A stretch of 46,056 nt of DNA, filler included, from Catajapyx aquilonaris (lineage: Eukaryota), in the NCBI GenBank assembly GCA_000934665.2. It is 2 parts of 2 records of this genome, joined end to end, with 100 filler letters (N's around TTAATTAATTAA, not from the genome) between each part and the next. Parts side by side here need not be neighbours in the genome. Positions count along the whole stretch, not along the records: positions 23,052 to 46,056 come from KZ539419.1; 1 more part is not named here. The stretch is one strand, 5' to 3'. The notes under the pieces were generated by a model. The model searched no databases. It worked only from the letters and a program-made list of their open reading frames with translations, and was not told where the DNA came from. The translations under genes and the position numbers were made by a program. Each line of letters starts with the position of its first letter. Positions within the stretch are counted from its first letter, which is position 1. This document shows positions 35,776-46,056 of the stretch, in pieces.

Positions 35776-36728
35776 TGTCAATTTTCATCTGGAACATTAC
35801 AATAGTTAAAACGTTATTGAGCAATGTTTGGGTTTCCATTAGAGAGAATCACCCTGTAGAATAAACGGTAGGCAAGATCCTCCTTCTGCTTGTTGCATGC
35901 TGTGCTTTTCCACCACTTTTTCATGCCGTCTACTGGGTTCCAATGGACACACTTCTGGAAATGTCCATGCCCTCTATCAAAGTTGTTTTGTCCTTTTCTA
36001 CCACACCCACCAAGTTTGGCGTCATTCTAATTGCAAACGTTTTCGTTGAGAAAACACCATGCTTCTATTGGGCAAATTGGTTATCCTCGACATATTCAGA
36101 ATCGTCTTGTTCTGATCAGTGCCAGAATTTCTCCGGAAATGCCCATGAATTCTGGCTGACTAAGAAGTAGGTAATGAGACATCTCTTGAAAAGCTGAAAG
36201 CCTTCAAACGCAATGAATAATTTTCCCAGTCCCTTCATGGAACCCGAGATATCATATCGGCGTCTCAAAGGGAAACTGGTACTGCAAGCAGAATAGATGG
36301 CATTATTTTCCAGTAGGCGGCTTGAGAGGAAAAGGGGGAAGGTCTTTTCACCTTGCTGGCTCTCACCCCTCTCCCTTCCTCCCCATCCCCGTGCACTATT
36401 TATTGGTCTCCATGCCTTTGCTTCAACATTCGGCACTTCCATTTCCAGTCTCTCGCCCTTTTGTCGATCCCAAAAACCAATTCTCGTCACCATGACAACC
36501 ACAAAGAATCATGCATTCCTTCCTTTATACTCTATACAGCAATGATGTAGGGATTCGACAACCACCCTCTCTATCAGACTTGATCAAAAAATATTGTCTT
36601 CTCCTCCTGCCTTCCTGTCATCTGTGACCAACTTGTGGCGAGGTATTACTTATATTATTTTGTACACTACACAGTTTCGCTCTCACACACTTTACAAGTA
36701 AAAATACAGTCTAGGAATAATTATTTAA

Positions 36729-36884
36729 CCCTGTAATGCCACTAATCTAAGTAATGCCCACTGGGTCATATCTGGCACACCATTTAGTGCAATTTTTGCA
36801 ACTTTTGCAACTTTTATATTTTCTGTAAGTGTGCCAAATTGCACTAAATGGTGTGCCAGATATGACCCAAGGGGCATTACAGGG
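36729..36884. mobile_element. 156-bp piggyBac-like MITE
   Basis: TTAA|CCCTGTAATGCC ... GGCATTACAGGG|TTAA, plus a perfect inner inverted repeat of about 34 bp. Confidence 0.82.
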
Positions 36885-37281
36885 TTAAAATGCCGTCACC
36901 TCTATTCTCCATCCAAGTTTATTTTTAATCCTTTAAAGAGGGCAAGTGACACTGCGGCACATAAGTGTGACTCTTCAATTTGATTCATAATGCAGTTAAA
37001 TATATTCCTCAGATATGGAAATGGGAGGAATAGGAAATCATTCTTTCGCGGGCTCGAACTGAATTCACAACTCTTTCAAAATATAGCCACTAAAGCCCCC
37101 TTTATACGCATGTATAACGAAGAGGTAGAGGGAGGGAGGACTCACATAGTGGCACCAAAGCCCCACATGCTTCTTTTGGTATGGCTTTCATGTGACGGTT
37201 ACACCAACAGTCGCCATATGGAACTTACCAGGGAACGACCAAGGTCGGTCGTCTCCGTTTTGGTTGAAACTCGCTTGAGTG

Positions 37282-37530
37282 CAGTGGCGGATCCAGGAAT
37301 TTTTTCTGGGGGGGGGGGGGGGGGGGGGGCATTGGTGGCAAAAAGGTTCCCAAATAGAGGGAAAAATATTTCTTACATATCATGTACTACACCCGGTATT
37401 AACCATCAAAAATAATCTTGAAGTTGAAGCTCCTCCCCATAGATATAATGTCAAAAGGAGGGTTCCCCGCCTCCTCGTTTGTACCTATCTGTGTAATCTA
37501 GCGGATCCATCCCNGGGGGGGGCGCCACTG
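37282..37530. mobile_element. hAT-type MITE related to 34386-34632
   Basis: CAGTGGCG...CGCCACTG termini; exact 8-bp TSD CTTGAGTG at 37274-37281 and 37531-37538. Confidence 0.82.
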
Positions 37531-40170
37531 CTTGAGTGGTCACTCATGTGCGATAGTCACAGTGGCGAAAGTCCTAGATGCCACTGAGCGACAGAAAAAT
37601 CCGAATTTTGGGGGCGCGTCCAGGTGTCCGTCGGGAAGGGGCAAGTGCAAGGCCCGGCAAGGCCCCTATATACCCCTATACGCGCGGCCAAAATTGGATG
37701 TTTCTGTCGCTCATATCTCGGAAACGGCTGAATAACTAAACCAAGTCAAACCAAGTCCTGCATGACTCAGGCGCTTTTTTCGCTAATCGACGTTTTTCAA
37801 GGTGAATACCTACGAGACTATCTTATGTGATTTTGTTTTATGACTTTACACCAACTTGAAAGGGCATCCCAATTGACTACTAGTCGAAGCGGTACACAAA
37901 AATATGCTGCAAAATCTTGAAGAAAGCAAGCCACTTTGCACAGACGTTCCATAGACCAAGACGATCAATTTGACCCGCAGCACCCTGACCCATGACCTTG
38001 TGGGGTCAAATGGAGGCCATTTTTGGAAAAAGGCCATAATACTTTTCGTAAATTTCAAATTGACTCTCCATGGCAATGTTGGTGTCATTTCCGCATATTT
38101 CGAGGTCGACAAGTCGATTGGTAACTTGCAGGAGGTCATAAGGTCACTAGTTTGCGACCTATGACCTCCATTTTGAAATTACCCTACTGGGCTATGTCTA
38201 ATGGTATTTGCAACTAAAAGGTGGCATGTGAGGTATCGTTTAGATATAATTTGATGTCACTGAAACCAAAAACGACAATAAAAATTCGGAATCATGCTTT
38301 CGGTGACCTGTGGGGCGCCATATTGAGTTTCAACTTAAACTCTTTGGTGGGGATATGCACCCGTAAGCGAATAGTAGACGTGCTTGGTATCCTTGCAGCA
38401 TAATTCGAGGTCGCTAAGACGATGGGTCATATTCAGAAGGTCAGAAGGTCAGAAGGGCACTAGTTTGTAACCTATGGCCGCCATTCCTTCCGACAAAAAT
38501 AGTCAAGTATTTTCCGATAGCTGTGCAAATTCATGTCAAAAAGCCACATTTTTGCAAACAAATGACATTTTCAAAAAAGAGTCAAAGTCAAATGTCATCA
38601 CATTGATATCAAAATACACCCCACATGGGAAAGGTCCGAACGTGAACTGGACCTAAACATATCTCTCACTCATAGACGGGGAAATTTTTTCGTGCTAAAG
38701 GTGATCACGTTCACGTGGAATTGCCCATTAGTGACTTGAACCCCTCTTGTTGGGAGCCCCTCATTTGCGCTCAAAGGCCAAGTTAAATGCGCAGTTCTTC
38801 CCTTTCGAAACATTCTTCTCCTGTCTATTCCCGAAACCCATTAGCCCGCATTAGCCGGATGACCGCCACCCAATATCGCGGCCTCCAATAGTGGCGTCCA
38901 ATACCAGTGACGTCCTTTACCCCTTCCTAGCAGTGGTCGCCAGGGTCGCCACCTACGTTGATGCCAGTTTTGTGCCGACAAAATGTCGTAATATGTATCA
39001 TATGTGTTCATACAACGCACCACAATAGCTAAAAAATTTCCAACAGGCTGAAGAGGACCCGAATGTCCTGAAATATGTCATATAGAGTCACAAAAGGTTT
39101 AACAGAGTGGAAGAGGCGAAATATATCATAAACCCACGAAACAGGCATTTCAGACCCCATAAAACCACGACTATTTAGGTGCCGAAGTTATGAAAGAGAC
39201 GGGCATCTATATACCATCGTACCAGCAAAGAGAAAGAAAAGGCCTATGTTGTGTCCAAAATACACATTCTGTATACCGTGCAATCAGTAGTAATACGTAT
39301 ATGCTGATTGATTCTTTTTTTGTGTGAAATATCTCTGAATAGTGTGAATTGTCTATGGGTGATTCTCCAAAAACTTTGAAATTTCAAAGCCAAACTTAAT
39401 GAATTTCAAAACTTGTTTCAAAAATGAGGTAAAGTTCACACTTACTCTCTATGAGGTCACAAACAAGGGAAAATAGGGGACCCATGTCTCATATTCCAAA
39501 GTGGTTGAAACCTTCCAAGATTGATTTTGCAGTTAATCCCAATAATTTTTATTGGAAGAAGTTCCTCATAATATTATATCAAAAAGTGAAACTCAGTTTT
39601 TAAATATGTCTCCCAAGTAGTGAAATCCTGGGCTCTAATTTATTCCACTTGAAATGGCCACACACAGCAGGCACTAAAAGTTTCCGGAATTTTTCAGAGT
39701 TTCAGAGTTTTTAGTTGATGATGGGCAATTTTTTGAGTCGCATCTTGTTCAAGAACGATAATTTTGTTAAAATTTTAACTGCGCGCAAGCATGATTGCAC
39801 AGTGTCATGTTCCATTTTGCAGTGTTGCCACATTGTGCAAGTAGCATTTATTTGATCAAATAATACTTTTTGTGAACAATATGAGACTCAAAATATTGGC
39901 CATCATCAACTACGGTAGTATCTGAAAAATTGATATTAAAATTCGGCATCGCTGAGTTCAGCCACGTACGAATGCCTCCTGCCTGCTACCTCACACTCCT
40001 GGTAGACAATAAGACAGACTCGAGGGAGAGAGGGAGAGAGAGAGAGAGAGAGAGACTCTCAATGGCGCCTGAGAAGGGCCGCGATTCATCCTGCTATCTT
40101 ACTTCACGGTCGTCTCTGATTTGCTGGAGAAGTTATGGGCTTGTTATGGGTCCTATGCAAAGACACTAAG

Positions 40171-40276
40171 GTACTATATCGCTCAAAAAGATAGAGACGA
40201 TTGGCATTTGATTCAAGTGCAAGTTGCACTTGAGTCAAATGCAAAATCGTCTCTATCTTTTTGGGCGATATAGTAC
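40171..40276. repeat. 106-bp near-perfect palindrome (mini-MITE)
   Basis: GTACTATATCGC.CAAAAAGATAGAGACGATT.GCATTTGA.TCAAGTGCAA and its inverse, with almost no loop. Confidence 0.85.
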
Positions 40277-40319
40277 GCAGCCCCCAGTCACTCCCTATAT
40301 ACCAGTACATTGCTACCCC

Positions 40320-40597
40320 CGTGAGCTTAGCTCATCTCTCCCACCGAGGGGGGCTGGCCACGGACGGGTCTAGAGTCATGCACCGAGATGGTGGCGCCTT
40401 ACCTAGCGGGGCAATTCTGAACCATTAGGGTCGACTCTGACTGGCTGGAGTCTTAAAGGCCTCCATACTACTCCAGCCAATCGGAGTCGACCGAAATGAT
40501 TCTGAGGTGGCCACTAGGTAAGGCGCCACTATCTCGATGCATGACTAGCGCCGCCCGTGGCAAACCCCCTCGGTGGGGGAGATCAACTAAGCTCACG
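40320..40597. mobile_element. 278-bp foldback MITE
   Basis: Imperfect full-length palindrome; its core GTCGACTC.GA.TGGCTGGAGT recurs at 41199-41266. Confidence 0.75.
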
Positions 40598-41198
40598 CGA
40601 AAAGCAGGAGAGTGACTGGGGGCTGGAGGTACATAAATCGCTCAATCGGCGGCCATCTTGAATGGAATTGGAAGTCCGGCGGCCATGGCAGTTTCGGGAG
40701 AGAACTGCGGGAAAATCAATAGGTCCTTCGCAAATAATGTAAAAATGGGGCTTTGCTGGGGCACCAGTTCCTCGGGCAATAATATTCAACAAATAGTCAA
40801 CAAACGGTTTTAGGATTCGAATGCAGCGTGCGAAAATAGGTTTCATGGTCCACTTTCGTGCACCTGCTACTTCCAGTTTTCCGGGTTCACTATACCCGCC
40901 AAAGTAAAGTCTACAGGCGGGTGACAGTATAATTTAGATTTAGAAATTAGTTTCCTTAAATAACTACCAAAAGCCCTAAATTCTTACAAGTAAATACAAA
41001 CAACCACCTCAGCAAACACCATTTGGACCGTGATTAGAATTACGCTGTTCTTCATGGAACTGTCACGACCTCCACAGTTTTCTTCGACTTCGGGTTGATA
41101 GCTCTGGCGGAAGCGGGTTAAGCTGTCTATGCATCTCAACTTCTTTGGTCCTATGGCGGCCGCCATCTTGCTCAAGTATGGGAGAAGTTCCCGGCTCG

Positions 41199-41266
41199 GA
41201 CGTCACGGTCGACTCCGATTGGCTGGAGTGGCTCTACTCCAGCCAATCGGAGTCGACCGTGACGTC
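41199..41266. repeat. Perfect hairpin, 31-bp stem and 6-nt loop
   Basis: GACGTCACGGTCGACTCCGATTGGCTGGAGT-ggctct-ACTCCAGCCAATCGGAGTCGACCGTGACGTC. Confidence 0.9.
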
Positions 41267-41546
41267 AGGCTCTCTCACTCGAGTCTCTCTAACTCCTGGC
41301 ACAGAAAATGCCAGGACAGTGAATATTATTGCCATGAATTTGACAGCCAGGAGAAGGACCTTCGAATGCATTAGGATTAACCCTTTCTGCCCCAGACATA
41401 CCGCCATCGCCTACACTTTCGTTTACATGTACTCTGAAGATAAAAATAAGATATTTTACCAATAATAACAGCTATACATACACGTTCATGCTCTACGCTA
41501 CGTATGTGTTTGGAACAAGTTTCCTCGTCTAGAAGTCCCTAAATTA

Positions 41547-41832
41547 GTGGGAGGCATGGTGGCATGGTGGTCTGGTGGTTACGCCACTGGCTAGCCAAGC
41601 GGGAGGCCGGGGTTCAAATCCCGTCCACGTCACCTCTGCTTGACCGGATCCTTTTCCGCTTTTCACTCGACATGCCGGGGCAGAATTGCACTCCCTACTC
41701 TGCCCAGGGCCAAGAGAAAAGGTCTGGTGTATTTCAGAAAGTCAGAAATCCCTATAATTACAGTACCCTCCCTTGGGAGCATTCCCCTTACCCCCTAAAA
41801 GGGCTCCGCCATATCATGGGGTATTTTTTTTA
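41547..41832 (+). mobile_element. tRNA-derived SINE (same family as 20814-21091) with a T-rich tail
   Basis: A-box, B-box GGTTCAAATCC, and 14-bp TSD AAGTCCCT(A/G)AATTA at 41533-41546 and 41833-41846. Confidence 0.85.
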
Positions 41833-43754
41833 AAGTCCCTGAATTAATTTCCGAAAGGATCGCCGCAGAGTATAGCTGTACTGCCATCGCCTAGATTTTG
41901 GTTTGCACGTACTCTGAAGATAATTACAAGATATTTTACAAATAATAACAGCTATAGCTTACTTACACATTCATGGAAAACACAACGTATAGCTTGGAAA
42001 CCATTTTCCTTGTCTAGAAGTCCCTAAATTAATTTCCAAAAAGATCGCTGTAAATTCCATCGCCTAGATTTTCGCTTGCACTTACTCCGAAGATTAGGGC
42101 AGTATATTTTACAAAATAATAACAGCTATACTTACATGTTCCTTGAAAATGCTATTAATGTGTTTGGAACAATTTTCCTCCTCTAGAAGTTCTTATATTA
42201 ATTTCCAAAAACTTATCTGTAAAAAAAAACTCGAAATTCGAGTACTGCCGGCCAACTGTTAGGCTGATTTAATTATGAAATACGTTAAAATATACGGAAT
42301 ATTAACCTTGAGAACCTTGCCAGACGAAGTTGCTGAAATCGCCGTATTTCGCGAGAAATAAATGAATTTGAAAGATTTCCGAAGTAACAGGAAATCCTCA
42401 GATAAGAATTGAAGGGTTTGCTGCAATAAGAAGGTAAGTGAAGATTATTCAATTTGAGAAAAACGCACTTGAACATTTGATTTCGTGAAAATTCGACTAA
42501 AATAGAAGGTAGTGCTGGTATATGTGAATCATTTGAAGATACCATAAGTCCCATCAAATACACGTGAAACATGTTACCTAGCACACTTTGTTTTTAAGAA
42601 ATAAATATACTTAAAAATTATTTCATTTACCATCCTCTTGCAGAGATCCCTATGGGAGGCGCACCCGGCCGCCTTATTTATTTGATATCTTGGAGCCTAC
42701 TATATGAATACAAGAATGAAACTTACATAACTGAAAGGTTATGAATAGGGGATTACTGCAAAAATGTTCCGAAATTTCAAGTCTATTAGGCTCGTGTCAA
42801 GGGTCACGAACTTTGACCTGCCAACATGACACGTAATTTTAATCGCATATTTTTTGGATGCTATTACCAGATTATGCATACCGTTTAGAATTGAAATTGA
42901 AGAATTGAAGCCACCTTTTTCATATACGTATGTGGGTTGCACATTTACTGAAACAATCGGGTTATTGTAAGCCACCGCAGTGGCGCCACCTACCTACTAT
43001 GCCCAGACACAGGTGCAAGGCTTGTGCCATTAGCATTTTTACCACATAAAGGCGCCACGTAAGCCTTAGAGATATTTGAAGTAGGTAGTTAACCTGTTGA
43101 GGGTGGCGACCATCATATGACGGCCGAGCACGACGTGCCCCAGGGCCTACGACCATCATATGATGGTTTGCTACTTGCGCGCTCGTTTGTTCGCGTAAAA
43201 AGGCGCCAATGACTTTTAAGCTGCTCTTGCCATGCCATCTCGTAGTTGGTGGTTCAACTATTACGCCTGCTTGATTGCCTTGAATCAGCGAGGTAAGATG
43301 GATGCTGCTGCCCCCTGTTGCCTGAGAGACAAATCCCTGGCGTCAGGCGGTAAGAGGGAGTGACCAGACCCGACCAGACCTTAGTATTCTAAGACCATGG
43401 ATCTTGGAAGCTATCTGGCCAATCAGAGATGGGCCCCTATCAGCGCGGATCAACCCCCTGTCGCATCACCCTATTTGTATGGATACGGTAGTTTAATTTC
43501 TGTGTGATCGCCAGGCTGGGAATTTGGCGCTGGCGGCGGCGCTACATCGTTCGCTATCCGCCATTTTTTTCAAGGTGCACTCTAGTGGTTAGTCTGCGGA
43601 AGGAAAGAAAGATCCAGCCAATCGCGGCAGACTACCCGCTACATACGGGAGTTGCACCTTGAACAAGATGGCGTCTTGGCGAACGATGGGACACAGTTAT
43701 TACACTACCGTATTCGAGGAGTGTCATAGGGCTGGCGCGGATCCGCTCCCCTCG

Positions 43755-44058
43755 TTGGGAATAGTAGAAATAACAGCTACTTTGCAATAACTGTTATTTA
43801 AATAACAGTTACTGAAAATAATTGCAACTCAGCAGCAGCTATAGATATTCTGCTATATTCGAGCACTGAAAATATTGAAAAAAGAGAGAAGTAATGGGAG
43901 AGACTAAATGTGGCAGGGGTAGGGGCACGCTGTAGTGTACCAACATCACGACCAACATAGTAGAATAACGTCATAGCATAATAACTAACTGCTACTGAGT
44001 TGCAGCTATTTCAACTGTATTTGCAAAGTAACTTATCCGTTATTTCCACTGCTCCGAC
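43755..44058. mobile_element. MITE of about 300 bp with imperfect TIRs
   Basis: GAAATAAC...TACTTTGCAA...TGCAACTCAG.AGCAG on the left and the inverse on the right. Confidence 0.55.
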
Positions 44059-44249
44059 CATGGTTGTAGAAGACTCAGGTTAGGTCACTCCCCACCCACC
44101 CCCTGCTGAGGGGTTTTGCAGCGGGTGCTCACCTGAGACCGCCACGAGACATTTCCCAGAGCATTTATGTGGCGACCCTACCGGACTAAGGCTGAACTTT
44201 ATAGGTACGAAAGGGAAGCGCTACATGCTGGCCCAACATGGCCGCCGGA

Positions 44250-44283
<34 letters not shown>

Positions 44284-46056
44284 GGCAGCGGACTGTATCG
44301 CTAATATAGGACTGTATCCGCAAGGAAGGAAGGTTAGGTATGGTTGGGTTGGGTTGGTACAGTATACCCCCTTCCAAAATACAAAAAATCAATCTGCCTT
44401 TGCGACATAGCCAAGCTGCCCCCAGCCACCATTCCCCCTCAGCTTCCCGTACGCCGGTAAGAGCAAGGCCTTCCCAATTTATTTCTCGCCAAGTACGACG
44501 ATTTCAGCAAATTCTTCTGGCACTATTCTCAATATTGTTATTCCGTGTATTTTAACGGATATCATAATTAAATCAGCCAAGAAATTCGAGTACTTCCGGC
44601 CAACTGGCCGGAAGTACTCGAATTTCGAGTTTTACAGCGACATTTTTGGAAATTAATTCAGGGACTTTTAGACGAGAAAAATTGTTCCAGACACATTCAT
44701 AGTGTTTTCTCTGATTGGATAAGTATAGCTGTTATTTTGTGTAAAATCTTTTGTCTGTATCTGCAGAGTACTCGTAAGTGTAAAACTAGGCGATGGCTGG
44801 TATAGCAGGGGCCGAAGGGGTTAATATCACGGCCCAGAACAAACGCTGACTCGAAAAATTTCTGTCAGGTGAAAGTGTCCCTATTATTTCAAAACATTTG
44901 ACTTATTATGTGCCATAGAAAAGTGAGCCAGGAGTGTGAGCGCAAAATGTGCTACAATCATAACTGAATTTAAAATTCCGTAATTTTTTTAACCCACTTA
45001 GTAGACGTAGTACTTCTTGCAGAGAAATCTGTAGTTAAATCAGGGTGTTATGGAGGAGTGTTGCCAAATAACTGATCTAAAAATCCCTTAGTTTCACTGC
45101 AAAATGGTAAAAAATATCCTGGTCCAGGAGAGTAACATGAAAACTCGGGACACCCTTTGGAGTGATGCAGCAAGGTCGTGTCAAATGATTAAATTGTTTT
45201 TAAAATGTTGTTTTATACCTTCAAGTACGTACAATTTAATTATAGTATTGTAACTTGTCTAATGTTGATAATAAAATTGTAAGAAAATATAGTATGCTTT
45301 CAAATATGATCGGGGCATGCCAAGAAGAGTGATTTTAGTCACTGATACATATTTTGCAGTAAAAGGTAATTTAATATTTTTCTTTGCTTGCATGGGGATG
45401 GCTAGGTGTCTACTGCTTCTACATAATTATGTTTAAAAATCAACTGTCTCAGTCGAGCCATTTTTAAGTTATTATCCCGGGACAAGTATTGGTAAGTTTT
45501 TGGAGAATCACCTATATTTTAAGGGCGATAGCCCTTAAGTAAGACCGTAGCATAGATTTCAACAATGTTTCAACAATGAATTTTTCCTACTTGTTGTTCT
45601 TCTTCTTGTTACGTTTTTTTATTCGCCCTAACTCAAGTTCTGCTGCAGGTAGAGCTTCCAAATTTTGAACACAGATCCCCACCGTCGTGACTTGATTTCC
45701 TACCATTTACACTTTTACTTAATTCCTCTTCAAAACGCCGCAAAAAAATTTAAACCCACCAAAAAATACGTTTCCATTTTTTTGCTCAATACCTCTTCGG
45801 AATTTGGTTTCTTCGTCAAAAGGCCGAAGGTGCAGTGGGATGGTGCGGATCAATGTTCAAAATATCACTGTTCCCACTGCTACAGGATTGGAGCTGTTAT
45901 TTTTTTTACCTCTTATTTCTTCTGTCATTAATTCATTTGTTCAATCCCATCACCTAGACACGACAATCTTGTTTACCCACTAGCCATATTGTTATTAGCC
46001 AAATGTTACCCTGCCGCTGCGCTGGTGTGAACGCATTGCACTTATTACAGATTTAC

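Larger units (their letters stand above)
41381..44820. mobile_element. 3.44-kb non-autonomous piggyBac-like element with subterminal repeats of about 175 bp and nested insertions
   Basis: TTAA|CCCTTTCTGCCCC ... GGGGCCGAAGGGG|TTAA. The repeat unit CCATCGCCTA...CTAGAAGTCCCTAAATTA occurs three times at left (about 41404, 41884, 42057) and once inverted at right. 42228-42362 pairs with 44478-44633. Confidence 0.8.
39357..45513. mobile_element. Possible outer DNA transposon enclosing about 6 kb of nested elements
   Basis: GGTGATTCTCCAAAAACTT at 39358 and its exact inverse ending at 45512; flanks CTAT/ATAT. The two ends could also belong to separate copies. Confidence 0.5.

Noticed and set aside
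37307..37330. Functional G-quadruplex
   Set aside because: Poly-G tract internal to a hAT MITE family; homopolymer length is unreliable and similar tracts sit next to Ns.
3454..41640. tRNA genes at about 3460, 14075, 21010-21090, 35585 and 41550
   Set aside because: They have A/B boxes but continue into SINE bodies, mostly with tails and TSDs, and I could not fold a complete cloverleaf.
41400..42210. CRISPR-like or satellite array
   Set aside because: Units are about 175 bp, degenerate and lack unique spacers; eukaryotic context, no cas genes; they sit inside a TTAA-flanked element.

Overview
Repeat-rich animal (probably arthropod) nuclear DNA, not prokaryotic. Two spliced protein-coding genes can be rebuilt, arranged head-to-head. 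(1) Minus strand: a secretin-class, Methuselah-like 7TM receptor of about 790-807 aa, with a signal peptide, a somatomedin-B-like motif and two Cys-rich repeats; CDS complement(join(1546..3300,4798..5079,5512..5898)), both introns phase-0 GT-AG. (2) Plus strand: a 74-aa serine palmitoyltransferase small subunit (ssSPT/SPTSSA-like) that the ORF track misses, CDS join(13638..13737,18645..18769), split by a 4,907-nt minor-spliceosome (U12-type) intron. Most of the rest is nested non-autonomous mobile DNA: tRNA-derived SINEs, two 5'-truncated LINEs with exact target-site duplications (TSDs), a Helitron, and MITEs of Tc1/mariner, hAT, piggyBac, Kolobok and Harbinger type, many of them long foldbacks. 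Two recurring patterns stand out: three unrelated Tc1/mariner derivatives built from two inverted copies of the transposase 3' end, and a CCCC-hairpin-GGGGTA tail shared by two LINEs and three SINE families. A 100-bp artificial assembly linker lies at 22952-23051. All family assignments come from reading motifs by eye; no searches were run. I did not find a clearly new multi-gene system.
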